A DNA stretch of 64,000 nt from Acidobacteriota bacterium (GCA_009691245.1 SHUM01000003.1:3099-67098); one strand, 5' to 3'. Positions 1-10,278 are shown, counted from the stretch's first letter. Made by a program: numbers and translations. Notes: a model not told the origin generated them from the letters alone.

Positions 1-413
1 CCTCCCCAACGATTGGCGTATTGCTGGGCGGTGTGTGGATCGGAGCACACTACGAAGTCAGCGGTGGGAATGCCGTGGCGTTGCATGAACTGCTTGGCGT
101 GAATCTTGCTGCCCTCCAATTGCGCAGCCGCTTTGGCAGGACCGGCAACCAACACTCCCTGAGATTGCAAATCATCCACCAATCCAGCTACCAGGGGGGC
201 TTCTGGTCCGACCACAACCAGGTCGACCTGATTTTCTCGGACCAACTGCAAGACAGCCGTTGTAGTCATTTCGCGCAACGGCAGACAGACCGCATCTCTG
301 CTAATGCCACCGTTACCGGGCGCGCAGAACACACGCTCCAGCAAAGAGCTTTGCGCAAGTTTCCAGACCAGCGCGTGTTCGCGCCCGCCACCGCCAATAA
401 CCAAGACTCTCAA
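1..413 (-). CDS. purD: Phosphoribosylamine-glycine ligase, N-terminal part (runs off the window edge)
   Basis: Not in the ORF track. The minus strand from TTG at 413 (GGAGG SD upstream) reads MRVLVIGGGGREHALVWKLAQS...VFCAPGNGG...VDLVVVGPEAPLVAG...AAAQLEGSKIHAKQFMQRHGIPTA, the PurD signature. Confidence 0.95.
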   Translation of the reverse strand, partial: MRVLVIGGGGREHALVWKLAQSSLLERVFCAPGNGGISRDAVCLPLREMTTTAVLQLVRENQVDLVVVGPEAPLVAGLVDDLQSQGVLVAGPAKAAAQLEGSKIHAKQFMQRHGIPTADFVVCSDPHTAQQYANRWG

Positions 414-480
414 GCGATCATCCTCCGAATATTTATCAATGGATCAAAAAAACTTCAAGTACCAAGCGCACCTGTTGTAA

Positions 481-1539
481 TCAAGGGCGATCAGACGCAG
501 CGCGTTCCAGGCGGACCTGTCGGCCGATCATATAATAGCGTCTGACGATGCGCTGTCCCTGGCTATTTTCATGCTCAAAGTTAAACGATGGCGAAACACC
601 TTCCGGGTGCGTCTCCATGGAAACGTGAATGGGCATGAACCCTTTAAGGTTCCGCTCGCGGTACGAGGTTTCGTAGCGGGAGGCCGCAGGATTCCAAACC
701 AGGACGCGGATCTCCTCGAAATCGTGCACCAAGCCTACAGACTTGGGCACCGTTGCCCACAGGTACCACGGGTGTATCTGATCGCCAACGTGCTCCTTGT
801 AGATCTCGAACCAGGCGCGAATTCGCTGGCTCTCGCGATATCGCGCGACTTCCAGCGGGGGAACCAACTCAATGAACGTTTCCAGCACCCAGCCCGTGCG
901 GTTATCCGATGCCCGTACCAGCAACCAATCCTCCGGGATGGGATTGGAGAGGCCGCGCCGAATATCGTCGGCGGTGGGCTCGCGCGTGGCAACGTCATGG
1001 CGCAGAACTTCAACCTTTTCATCCGCGGCGAGCTGATAGAAAACCTGCGTGGTCCGACCTGGCCTGAATCGCATATTGGCCAGCCTGCGGACCAGCGCCT
1101 TGCCCTGCAAGGGTAGTTCGCGGGAACCCGCTGCCAATTTCTGGAATAGCTCGAAGACGGCGGCGGAAACTATTTGCCGCTGATGCATCCAGCCTTCGAG
1201 TGGCGGAGCTGCGTTGTTCGCGCCCCGCTCTTTAGTTTCGGTAGTCAGGACACGAACGCGGGTCCAGCGATTGATCCGTTCGAGGATCTCCACGCGCTGT
1301 CCGCTGCGGATCCTCGCGATCACCCTGGACTCAGGTCCCAGTTGATCGAGCAGCTCCCCCTGGGCTTCGCTGGTATAAGCAACTTCCTGGGATTGCAACA
1401 TCAAATAGCTTTGACACGACTGCAGCACGATCAACAGGCTCGCCAATACCAACCTTACGATCACACGCAATCTCACCGGACGAATATCTGCCGCGATGGG
1501 ATAACGACGGGGAGGAGGAAGAATCAAGTGAAGGGTCAT
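481..1539 (-). CDS. SH3-domain protein, probable lipoprotein
   Basis: Hydrophobic N-terminus ending LLIVLQSC (possible lipobox). Two SH3b-like segments: GQRVEILERINRWTRVR...EGWM and EKVEVL...DWLLVRASDNRTGWVL. Confidence 0.7.
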   Translation of the reverse strand: MTLHLILPPPRRYPIAADIRPVRLRVIVRLVLASLLIVLQSCQSYLMLQSQEVAYTSEAQGELLDQLGPESRVIARIRSGQRVEILERINRWTRVRVLTTETKERGANNAAPPLEGWMHQRQIVSAAVFELFQKLAAGSRELPLQGKALVRRLANMRFRPGRTTQVFYQLAADEKVEVLRHDVATREPTADDIRRGLSNPIPEDWLLVRASDNRTGWVLETFIELVPPLEVARYRESQRIRAWFEIYKEHVGDQIHPWYLWATVPKSVGLVHDFEEIRVLVWNPAASRYETSYRERNLKGFMPIHVSMETHPEGVSPSFNFEHENSQGQRIVRRYYMIGRQVRLERAASDRP

Positions 1540-1580
1540 TCGGATGCGTTGCTCATTTGAAAGTTAGCTCTAATCGCCGC

Positions 1581-2696
1581 CTAGTCCCCGAATGAAATGT
1601 CCAATGCCCGCGCCGTACGAACCAGCTCGCTGTTTGGTTGGACAATTTTCAGTTCACCGACGGCATCAGCCATGGGTGCGGACTTCACCGAATTACAGTG
1701 CAGACAAACCATGTTGCCGAATTCACCGCGCGCGATGACCTCCACAGCCTCGGTGCCAAGCCGTGAGCTGAGCACACGGTCAAATGGAGTGGGAGAGCCG
1801 CCGCGCTGAATGTGTCCCAGCACGGTTACGCGCGTCTCCCGCCCAGTCTCCTTCCCGATCAGCGAACCAATGGTGTTGGCGGCCTCGCCGCTGCGAGGGG
1901 TCAGGCGGTGCTGCTTCAGGGATTCGCTAAGAGGCTGGCCATCGATCATGCGGCACCCTTCGGCGACAACGACGATGCTGAAGCGGCGGCCAATCTCTTC
2001 GCGCTCGTGAATCTTCCGGCAGATGGCCGCCAGCGAAAATGGAATCTCGGCCAGCAAGATGATGTGCGCGCCAGCGGCAATGCCGGAATGTAGCGCGATC
2101 CAGCCGGCATCGCGGCCCATGACCTCGACCAGCATCACGCGATGATGGCTTTCCGCCGTACTGTGCAGTTTGTCGATGGCTTCGGTGGCGGTGCGCACCG
2201 CGGTGTCAAAGCCAAAAGTAATCTCCGTTGACGACAGGTCATTGTCGATGGTCTTGGGAACGCCAACGACTGGAATCCCCCGGCGGTACAACTCGAGGGC
2301 GATCTTCATCGTACCGTCGCCACCGACGACGATCAATCCATCGAGCTTGAGCTTGTGAAAGTTCTCGATGATTTGCGGCGAGACATCCTTCTCTACGGAA
2401 ATGCCGTTTTCCGTAATGGGATAGGCAAATGGATTGCCGCGGTTGGAGGTTCCCAGTATGGTGCCGCCCCGTGGAAGAATTCCGGAGATCTCTTTGCGAG
2501 TCAATTCACAGAGCTTGTTGGGGAAGATCAGGCCATCGAAGCCATCTTGAATTCCCACTACACGCCAATGGTGCTTGATTGTCGCCGATTTGACCACGGC
2601 CCGGATAACGGCGTTCAGTCCGGGACAGTCACCGCCGCCTGTCAATATGCCGATGGACCTTACGGGAGCCGATGAGGACACGTCTTGGGCAGACAT
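1581..2696 (-). CDS. pfkA: 6-phosphofructokinase (PfkA family)
   Basis: Motifs GILTGGGDCPGLNAVIR, GGTILGTS, GGDGT, PKTIDND, EVMGRDAGW and LGHIQRGG. Confidence 0.95.
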   Translation of the reverse strand: MSAQDVSSSAPVRSIGILTGGGDCPGLNAVIRAVVKSATIKHHWRVVGIQDGFDGLIFPNKLCELTRKEISGILPRGGTILGTSNRGNPFAYPITENGISVEKDVSPQIIENFHKLKLDGLIVVGGDGTMKIALELYRRGIPVVGVPKTIDNDLSSTEITFGFDTAVRTATEAIDKLHSTAESHHRVMLVEVMGRDAGWIALHSGIAAGAHIILLAEIPFSLAAICRKIHEREEIGRRFSIVVVAEGCRMIDGQPLSESLKQHRLTPRSGEAANTIGSLIGKETGRETRVTVLGHIQRGGSPTPFDRVLSSRLGTEAVEVIARGEFGNMVCLHCNSVKSAPMADAVGELKIVQPNSELVRTARALDISFGD

Positions 2697-2889
2697 CGCT
2701 GTTCTCCTGGCCGATCATGATGAGGCGAACCCTGCTGAATAGAGACTACCCATTATATGCGGAAAGCCTTTGCAAAGTTGCGGGTGGATAGGAGGCAGCG
2801 GGCTGCCCAAAGATGATTTTTCGTCCGTGGAACATTAAAGCGGTAGCGAGGAATGGAACCTTGAATCAAGTACTGAGCTACACCGCGGT

Positions 2890-5142
2890 CTAGGGCGCGA
2901 CCGGGATGGTAATGTTTTGCGTGGGGTTGCTGGGCACTCCATTCTGCCGAAGCAGCAGCGGGACGGCATTGCCGGTTTGGATTTCTCTAGGAACCAATAC
3001 GTTTATTTGATAGAGTCCGACAAAGGTCGGAGCGAGACCATCGTACAGGACCTGGGCATCAATGCCGCCAATGCTGACAGAGACTGGTACCGTGATATCG
3101 CTTCCTGTTTGCAGCGCGTCGCCGGAACCGACCGGCGGGATCGTGTCGCCCAGCCCGCCCGCGAAGATCTGAATGATTCGACCCAAACGCGCCGGGTTTG
3201 CCACAGTGACCCGGCGGAACTGATTATCCAGTACCGCGGCGCCGTTTGAATCGACGAATATGCCGGGTTGAGCCGCAGCGATCTGGTAATTCTGCGGAGT
3301 GGTCAGGCGTCCTCCAGCATTGACGACGATGGATACGGTGTCGCCAGGCCGCGACTCGAAAGGTACCTGTGCATTGATCTGGCCTTCGCTGACGAAATAT
3401 AGCGGTGCCGGGACGCCGCCGATGAGCACCGAGGTTTGAGAAAGCTCCGTCTCCAGTGGTATGGTCGAGGCGGCTGCCGTTGTGGGTGCCAGGGCTGATC
3501 CGAACAAGGAAACAATCCCTCCGGGCACCAGTGGACGGCGTTGTGCGAATCCCGCGCCTTCCACCACGCCGTCGTTGAACAACACGGGCAGGACGGTCCC
3601 GCCGGAAGCGGTTATGGACGACACCGCAAATATCTGCTGCACGGAACTGAAGTTCGGGTGGAAGCCGGCAAACGTGATGTTCACGGTTGCAGCGGCTTGT
3701 TGCGGAGTCCAAGTGCCGTTGTAGAAACCGCCTCCGGCATTCGACATTGGAATGGAAACGCCCCCGGCGGTGGCTACCACGGTCCCATTTGTTACGGGAT
3801 CCCCGCAACTATCCACCAATTGCGCCAGGAGCGCCTGCGGGAAGGAAACAGGGGAGTTTGAGCCGTTGCCTACAGTGCTGCCGATGAGGGACATCCTGAT
3901 AGGCGTGCATCCTGCAAGGGACGCGCCGCCGGTTTGCTCGTCGGTCACGGATGACCCACGAAGGCAGTATGTGGAATTGGGATTGCACGGTGGTTGCGGC
4001 TCGTAACCGGTGGGGTCCAATTCGGTAATGATCAACGCGACGTCAACCGTCTGAGGAGATCTACCCGGGAAGCTCGCGGTAATCGTGCCGCGATAAGTGC
4101 CCGCCCGCAATCCGGTCGGGTTCACAGTTACCTGGATGGTGGTCGGCGCAGCGCTGGTGGCAACAACGCTGGTTGGCAATACGTTGACCCAATTTCCGGT
4201 GGTGGTGGTGGTGGTGAACTGCGTAGTGATCGATCCACCTCCCGTGTTGCTGAGGGAGATCGATTTCTGCAAATTGTTGGTGCTGCCCACGGGAGCCGTG
4301 AACGTCATGCCGTAATTGGTGATTCGGGGAACCGCTCCAGCCGTGGGACGCACCACATGGTAGGTTACCGAAAGATATTGCGGGGAGTTTCTGGCCGTGG
4401 ATGAACGGAAAGGGATCAGTGCCGAATAAACACCGTTGTCAAGCGCAGCGGTATTAAGGGCCACGGTAATCTCCGTGCCCGATGTATTGCTGGCAGACAA
4501 TGAGCCACTGCGGGGCGTGATATTCAGCCATGCGGGTATCGAAGCCGCATTCACCGTCCAATCGAGCGTTCCCGTGCCTGAATTGAAAATGGAAATGGGA
4601 TGCCCTGGCGGAATTCCCGTGCGCTCGACGGTCTGAAACACGATGGAAGACCAACTCAACGATAGGCGGGGGCTGGGGGCCGCCAGCGAGGCATTGACCG
4701 GGATGGAAAGTATCCCAACAACGGATGGAATGCGTATGTTCACAAATCCTTGATAGGTGCCAACTCCGGGAAGCAAAGCAGGCGTGAATGTGACGCGAAG
4801 GAAATTGCGCTGCCCTTGCTGGAATGTCCCCGTGGATGGAGTAACTCTGAGCCAGTTATTGCCGCCATTCAAGTATGCAATGGTTGCCGTAAAGGGTTCG
4901 GGAACATCAATGCTACAGCCTGTAACCGAGCTGTTCCCTATGAATAGCGAGTGCGTACTCGGTGCGTCGCCGATGCGGGCGGTCAGTTGGAACGAATTGG
5001 GCTGGGCGCAATTAGGAAGAGAATTTAAGTCAATGGCGTGTAGGTCGGCGCGCCATCCTGGAAGCACAAGCGCCATCAAACAGAGGGCAAGGGAAATCGC
5101 CACTGCCGCATGTCTGTGATCATTCACACGAGTTTTCTTCAA
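2890..5142 (-). CDS. Secreted protein with BACON/Ig-like repeats and a TIGR03437 (Solibacter-type) C-terminal domain
   Basis: Signal peptide, repeated 'WL.vtP.sG...i.v......L..G.Y.g.i' modules, and a C-terminal PGGIVSLFG...APLYFVSEGQINAQVPF...GLAPTFVGLYQINV segment. Confidence 0.8.
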   Translation of the reverse strand: MKKTRVNDHRHAAVAISLALCLMALVLPGWRADLHAIDLNSLPNCAQPNSFQLTARIGDAPSTHSLFIGNSSVTGCSIDVPEPFTATIAYLNGGNNWLRVTPSTGTFQQGQRNFLRVTFTPALLPGVGTYQGFVNIRIPSVVGILSIPVNASLAAPSPRLSLSWSSIVFQTVERTGIPPGHPISIFNSGTGTLDWTVNAASIPAWLNITPRSGSLSASNTSGTEITVALNTAALDNGVYSALIPFRSSTARNSPQYLSVTYHVVRPTAGAVPRITNYGMTFTAPVGSTNNLQKSISLSNTGGGSITTQFTTTTTTGNWVNVLPTSVVATSAAPTTIQVTVNPTGLRAGTYRGTITASFPGRSPQTVDVALIITELDPTGYEPQPPCNPNSTYCLRGSSVTDEQTGGASLAGCTPIRMSLIGSTVGNGSNSPVSFPQALLAQLVDSCGDPVTNGTVVATAGGVSIPMSNAGGGFYNGTWTPQQAAATVNITFAGFHPNFSSVQQIFAVSSITASGGTVLPVLFNDGVVEGAGFAQRRPLVPGGIVSLFGSALAPTTAAASTIPLETELSQTSVLIGGVPAPLYFVSEGQINAQVPFESRPGDTVSIVVNAGGRLTTPQNYQIAAAQPGIFVDSNGAAVLDNQFRRVTVANPARLGRIIQIFAGGLGDTIPPVGSGDALQTGSDITVPVSVSIGGIDAQVLYDGLAPTFVGLYQINVLVPREIQTGNAVPLLLRQNGVPSNPTQNITIPVAP

Positions 5143-5295
5143 CGGTTACTCCTCTGCTGGCGTTTCAGAGCAAAGTTGCCTGACTCCGATTCATTTTCAG
5201 GCAATCTCTTTCCGATCCCTAGTCGCCATGTATAGCAAACGACCTAATTGTAGCGGGACGCCGGGGAGGGCCGTACGTGGCTCTACTCTAAGCAA

Positions 5296-5324
5296 AGTAT
5301 CGCGATATCTAGTGTGCGTGTCAA
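5296..5324 (-). promoter_or_regulatory. Putative sigma70 promoter for the TIGR03437 gene
   Basis: Minus strand TTGACA-17 nt-GATACT. A second TCCCATTGACA copy lies at 5392-5402. Confidence 0.4.
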
Positions 5325-5393
5325 TGGGATTGTGGGCCATTTGTTCAGGATGTAGCCCTAGTAAGTATAGGACTAAATCGAGCCACATTGCTG

Positions 5394-6539
5394 TCAATGG
5401 GAGGAGTCATTAGTTCTTTGCTGGGGGTTCAAGCTGTAACGGGTCCGGGCTTTTTCGCGGTGCCGCTTGATGGCCAGCTCCACCAGTCGATCGATTAGCT
5501 TAGAGCAGGATAGCCCGCTCGCCGCCCACAGTTGCGGATACATGCTGATTCTGGTGAATCCAGGTATGGTATTGATTTCATTTACATAGAACTTGCCTGT
5601 CTTTTTCTCGAGGAAGAAGTCTACGCGCGCCATGCCCGCACAATCCAAGGCCTGGAAAGCCTCCACAGCCAGTTTTTGCGCCCGCTCCGCCTGCGCAGGT
5701 TTCAGTGGTGCCGGAATCAGCAATTGCGAGTTGTCATCGAGATACTTTGCGGCATAGTCGTAGAACTCATTGCCAGGAACAATTTCGCCAGGCACGGATG
5801 AGATGGGATCTTCATTGCCTAGCACGGAGCATTCGATCTCTCTTGCGTTCATGCCGCGCTCCACCAGAACCTTCAGATCGAAATCGCCGGCCAGCCGTAG
5901 CGCCGGTACCAACTCGTCGCGATTGCTTGCTTTGCTCACACCCACCGACGAGCCCATATTAGCGGGCTTCACGAATACCGGATAACGAAACTCCGCCTCA
6001 ATTTCTTTGCAGAGATCATCCAGACGGACATGGATATCGCGCCGATTCGTTACCACATAGGGAACCACCGGCAACTTGGCCTGTTGGAATAGGCGCTTCA
6101 TGACAACCTTGTCCATCCCCACCGCCGAGCCGAGCACTCCCGAGCCCACGTAAGGAATCTCCGCCAGCTCCAGCAATCCCTGCACCGTGCCATCCTCGCC
6201 GTATGTACCATGCAGGACCGGGAAGACCACGTCGAGGGCACCGGGAAACGTTGTTGCGTTCTGGCTGGCAAGTGGCACCAGAAGTCCTATGCCATCCGGA
6301 CAGGCCGATGGAATTACTTCCACGGCGCCCACGGGTATGGAATCAATCGCCCCATGTCCATTGGGTTCCGGCGGCAACGCGCCCACGCACCAGCGCCCTT
6401 GCTTGGTGATGGCGATGGGGACGACATCGTATTTTTCCGGGTCCGCTGCGGCAATGATGTTCCGCGCCGACTGAATCGATATCTCGTGTTCAGCCGAGCG
6501 GCCGCCGAAGAGGATGCCCAATCTTTTTTTGTTGGCCAT
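5394..6539 (-). CDS. ddl: D-alanine--D-alanine ligase
   Basis: Motifs FGGRSAEHEISIQSA, FPVLHGTYGEDG, FVKPANMGSSVG, FYDYAAKY and NEINTIPGFT. Confidence 0.96.
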   Translation of the reverse strand: MANKKRLGILFGGRSAEHEISIQSARNIIAAADPEKYDVVPIAITKQGRWCVGALPPEPNGHGAIDSIPVGAVEVIPSACPDGIGLLVPLASQNATTFPGALDVVFPVLHGTYGEDGTVQGLLELAEIPYVGSGVLGSAVGMDKVVMKRLFQQAKLPVVPYVVTNRRDIHVRLDDLCKEIEAEFRYPVFVKPANMGSSVGVSKASNRDELVPALRLAGDFDLKVLVERGMNAREIECSVLGNEDPISSVPGEIVPGNEFYDYAAKYLDDNSQLLIPAPLKPAQAERAQKLAVEAFQALDCAGMARVDFFLEKKTGKFYVNEINTIPGFTRISMYPQLWAASGLSCSKLIDRLVELAIKRHREKARTRYSLNPQQRTNDSSH

Positions 6540-6712
6540 GCTATTTTGAGTGCGTCAATGGTGGATAGGAACTAAGCGTTGCTAACGAACCCCTGCCGCA
6601 GTCTCCCATTATCCACGAGTTATTTTCCTTCGTCCAAACCCGACGGTGCCTGCCCTTCAATGCTGCCACGGTGATCGCCGCGCCCGCAGGCTTTCCAGTG
6701 CGTACAGGTCTA

Positions 6713-6742
6713 TTGACAGTAGCTTATATGGTTCGCTAGTCT
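6713..6742 (+). promoter_or_regulatory. Putative sigma70 promoter of carD
   Basis: TTGACA-18 nt-TAGTCT upstream of the CarD start. Confidence 0.45.
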
Positions 6743-6812
6743 AGCCTTTACTTCCCAGACTTGGCTGCACAGGCAGGCCTGCAAGATATCCCGGAACGCA
6801 GAGGCAGTCACC

Positions 6813-7352
6813 ATGAACTTCCGTATCGGCGAGAAGGTCGTATACCCCACGCATGGCGTGGGAATTGTCGAGCAAATTCACAACATGCCTCCCCCCGCCG
6901 CTGCCGCAGTGCTCGTCGGCCACGCGCTGGAAACCGCCCCAAAAGCCTACTTGCTGCGCATCTACTCGAGCAGCTTGCGTGTGATGGTACCCTTCATCAA
7001 TGTCGGCAGCGTGGGCCTGCGCCGTGTGGTCCGCCGCCAGGATGTGAACCAAGTGCTTCGCTATCTCTCCGCCGGCGACTGCCAGCCCGCGCCGGACTGG
7101 AAGTGCCGCTTCAAGGAAAACACCAACAAGATGCGCAGCGGCTGCCTATTCCGCGTGGCCGAGGTCCTCAAGTGCCTGCTGCTGATCAATCGCGCGAAGG
7201 ATCTCTCCTTCCGCGAGCGCAAGATGCTAGAGCGCGCCCGCTACCTCCTCATCAGCGAGCTGGCCGTGGTCAGCGGGATTAGCGAGGCCATTGCCGAAGC
7301 TACCCTCACTAAGGCGCTTGCCGAGGCGCAGCTCAAACTGCTCCCCAACTAA
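6813..7352 (+). CDS. carD: CarD/CdnL family transcription factor
   Basis: FRIGEKVVYPTHGVG, VMVP...VGLR, conserved Trp (DWKCRFKEN), LSFRERKMLERARYLLISELA. Confidence 0.9.
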   Translation: MNFRIGEKVVYPTHGVGIVEQIHNMPPPAAAAVLVGHALETAPKAYLLRIYSSSLRVMVPFINVGSVGLRRVVRRQDVNQVLRYLSAGDCQPAPDWKCRFKENTNKMRSGCLFRVAEVLKCLLLINRAKDLSFRERKMLERARYLLISELAVVSGISEAIAEATLTKALAEAQLKLLPN

Positions 7353-7499
7353 CTCCGCTACCACCGCTGGGCAGCCCGCCGAATCGTTCAAATCTTCGGC
7401 CCTGCCCACTCTGACAAACTTTGCGGTTCTTGCGGAATAAAACAGAGCCGGGATGTTCCATGGCGGCTCCGTTACTCCATCTTAAACGTGGCTGGTTAC

Positions 7500-9398
7500 T
7501 CAGGCTGGAAGTTGAATGATGAAGCGCGTGCCGGCGCTGGGGGCGGACTCCACCTCGACTGTGCCACCGTGGTGGGTGATGATTTCCCGCGCGATGGCCA
7601 GGCCCAGGCCGAAGCCCGGCGCGGTTGAGTGCTCCGCCTGCGCCGTGCGGAAGAAGCGGTCGAACAAGCGCCGCTGATCCGGCTGGGCGATGCCGGGTCC
7701 GTTGTCGGCGACGATGATCTCCACGCCATTCTTGTTATGGCGCCATTCCAGCAGCACCCAACAGCCGCTCGGCGAGTACTTCACGGCGTTGGTCAGCAGG
7801 TTCGAGACGGCGAACTCCAGTAACTCAGCGTCGGCCTCGAAAGTGAGTGGGCCGTTACCAGCAGTCACTCGAAATTCCAGGCCCTTGCGCTCGGCTAGCG
7901 GGCGGATGCGCTCACTGATCGTCGTCAGCAGCGGCGTCAACTCGACCGGCGCGCGGCGCAATTCCAACTCTCCTGCGGAGAGCCGTTCGACACTCAAGAA
8001 GCGCTCGACCAGGCGCGCCAGACGCTGCGACTCTTCGTGCAGCAGGCGCAGCATCTGCTCACGGCGCGCGGGCTCCAGCGCGTAGCGCGCCAGCAACTCG
8101 CTCGATGCTTGTATGGACGCCAGCGGCGTGCGCATCTCGTGCGTGGCCATCTCGAATTGCTGGCGCGCCAGCATCCGCTTATTCTCGGAGTCGAGATAGC
8201 GCCGCCGCCCGACGAGCAACTCGTACGCCTCTCCCGCCATAATCGACACGCCAAAGCACAGCAACAGGCTGAACGCAGGCCATATCTGCCCGGCCAAGAA
8301 CAACACATAGGGAACGATCACGACGGTCGCGCCGATGGCCAGCAGCGCCAGCCACTGCGCCGGCCCGTGCGCGCGCGCCAGCGCGAGCAGCGTAAACGCA
8401 GCGATCAGCAGCATGGCCAGCGCCACGCCCGCATCGCCGATGGGAGTGAGGAACTTTTTCCCGATCAGCGTGTGCAGAATGTTAGCGTGAATCTCGATGC
8501 CGGGCATTCCCGAGGCGGAGTAGTACGGCGTGAATAGCCGGTCGCCGGTGCCCTGCGCGGTAACGCCCAACAGGACGATCTTGCCGCCAAGTTCGGCGGA
8601 TGCGGCGGGATCATCCAGCAACTTCGCAAAACTCACGCGCGGAAATGTCCCGTCCGGCCCGGCGTAGTTGATCCACAGCGTTCGCTGCGTGGTATCCGGC
8701 GCGGGAATGTGCATGACCTCGGTGCTGGCTGTCGGCGCAAGGTGAGCAATTTCGAGGTCGTCGGGAGTCTCGGTGATCAGGGCCGACTGGCCGCTGTCTG
8801 GGCTGGCCATGCCACGCACACACTCCAGCGCGAAGGCCCATAGGCGCTCGCGACCGGAGTATTTTGAAAGCAACACCTGACGGCTGACGCCATCGCCATC
8901 GGGATCGGCGTGAACGTGGCCGATCCTCGCCGCCTGCGCCGCCAGACGCGATAGCGGATGCAGCCAGCCCGAACCCGCCTCCAGCGCGCTCGACAACACC
9001 ACCGGCGTGCCCCCGTCGCGCGCTGCGCGCAGCGCGGCCTCCAGCGCGGCATCATTCGTATCGGCTCCCTGATCGACCAGCAGGATGTCGATGCCCAGCA
9101 AACGAGGTCCGGCGGTGGTGATGCGGCTGATGCCCTCGGCCAGCAGCGCGCGATGCAGCGGCAATGCGCCGTGCCGGGCCAGCGTCGCGTCGTCAATGGC
9201 CACAATCACGATGTCGCTGGAAGAGGCTTCACCATTGGCGTCTATGGTGGTTGGTCCGCGCTGACGAAAATAGAGATCGTAAAAATTCAAGTTGACGCGG
9301 CGGGCGAACGAACTCCACCCCAGCAGCAGCGAGATCGTCGCGCACACCACGCCCAGCAGCAGAGAGGCGACCAGCGGTTTGCGCGGAGAAATCTTCAT
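7500..9398 (-). CDS. CHASE2-domain sensor histidine kinase
   Basis: CHASE2 motifs IVIVAIDD, DPDGDGVSR and MPGIEIHAN, three TM helices, H-box HEMRTPL, N-box NLLTNAVKYS, DNGPGI and GFGLGLAI. Confidence 0.92.
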   Translation of the reverse strand: MKISPRKPLVASLLLGVVCATISLLLGWSSFARRVNLNFYDLYFRQRGPTTIDANGEASSSDIVIVAIDDATLARHGALPLHRALLAEGISRITTAGPRLLGIDILLVDQGADTNDAALEAALRAARDGGTPVVLSSALEAGSGWLHPLSRLAAQAARIGHVHADPDGDGVSRQVLLSKYSGRERLWAFALECVRGMASPDSGQSALITETPDDLEIAHLAPTASTEVMHIPAPDTTQRTLWINYAGPDGTFPRVSFAKLLDDPAASAELGGKIVLLGVTAQGTGDRLFTPYYSASGMPGIEIHANILHTLIGKKFLTPIGDAGVALAMLLIAAFTLLALARAHGPAQWLALLAIGATVVIVPYVLFLAGQIWPAFSLLLCFGVSIMAGEAYELLVGRRRYLDSENKRMLARQQFEMATHEMRTPLASIQASSELLARYALEPARREQMLRLLHEESQRLARLVERFLSVERLSAGELELRRAPVELTPLLTTISERIRPLAERKGLEFRVTAGNGPLTFEADAELLEFAVSNLLTNAVKYSPSGCWVLLEWRHNKNGVEIIVADNGPGIAQPDQRRLFDRFFRTAQAEHSTAPGFGLGLAIAREIITHHGGTVEVESAPSAGTRFIIQLPA

Positions 9399-9458
9399 GG
9401 GTGAGGGCGCTCGCGCACCCTGCTCATATTAGCAGAAGGCGGAGAGGCTAGAGTCCGA

Positions 9459-9543
9459 ACAGAGCCGCGACCGGAAGGGAGCGGTTGCAATATAGAGTCT
9501 CGCAGGTCCAATGAGAACCGCTCCCTCCCGGTCGCGGCTCTGT
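9459..9543. repeat. REP-like inverted repeat, family A
   Basis: ACAGAGCCGCGACCGGAAGGGAGCGGTT ... AACCGCTCCCTCCCGGTCGCGGCTCTGT. Same arms recur at 17740 and 48393. Confidence 0.85.
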
Positions 9544-9550
9544 CACGCCA

Positions 9551-10237
9551 CTAGAGCTGCTTCAGCAACTCCTTGGCCTCCGCGTATTGCGGGAAGCGCT
9601 GCTCCTCGGCACGGAACTCGGAGGAATGCACGCAGCGTCGCGTGCCGCGATGCAGCACGGGATATTTCAGGTGTAGCATCTCGTGATAGAGGATGTACTC
9701 CACCAGCCACAACGGCGTCTGTGGACGGTCAAAGATGCGACTCACGATGATGGCGTTATGCGCGGAGTCAAAGTGTCCCAGCAGCACGCGTGACGCCGTG
9801 CGGCTCCAGCCCAGCGAGGGCCGGGCCATCAGCCCGCCGAAGTAGCGCTGGTTCAAGTCCTCGAACATTTCATCCAGATGAAAGTGTGAGCCCGCCGCCA
9901 CGCCCACATGCTTGCGTCCGCGCACACGGCGGATGATCTGCGCCTGATGGCGCACGCTGCTGCGGTTGAGGAACTGGCGGTAGCGTGCCTGGAACTGTGG
10001 CGGAATGGGTTTGCGATAGAGCTTCGAGATCAGGATGTAGGCGATGGACTCCAGCACCGGCGGCGGCGAACCTTCGAGCAGATCGGAGAGGCTGACTTCC
10101 ATGCGGCCCGCGCGCATGCGGATGACGTTGTTGATGTCCGCGTAGGGGCGAAACGACAAGGCGATCTCCGGCAGCGGCGTGCGTGGCCGCACCGCCAGAT
10201 GAACGCGCTCGAAAATTTCCATGCCTGCTGAAGTCAT
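9551..10237 (-). CDS. M48/YgjP/SprT-like zinc metallopeptidase
   Basis: HExxH motif YILYHEMLH, followed by HSSEFR. Confidence 0.8.
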   Translation of the reverse strand: MTSAGMEIFERVHLAVRPRTPLPEIALSFRPYADINNVIRMRAGRMEVSLSDLLEGSPPPVLESIAYILISKLYRKPIPPQFQARYRQFLNRSSVRHQAQIIRRVRGRKHVGVAAGSHFHLDEMFEDLNQRYFGGLMARPSLGWSRTASRVLLGHFDSAHNAIIVSRIFDRPQTPLWLVEYILYHEMLHLKYPVLHRGTRRCVHSSEFRAEEQRFPQYAEAKELLKQL

Positions 10238-10278
10238 CTTGAAGAGATTAGAATACCGCGTAATGCGGGCGCGCGGGG

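Noticed and set aside
21..545. 174-aa + strand ORF
   Set aside because: Antisense shadow of purD, which is clearly encoded on the minus strand.
5197..5397. 66-aa ORF between ddl and the TIGR03437 gene
   Set aside because: No recognisable motif, and it overlaps promoter-like TTGACA elements, so it is more likely intergenic.
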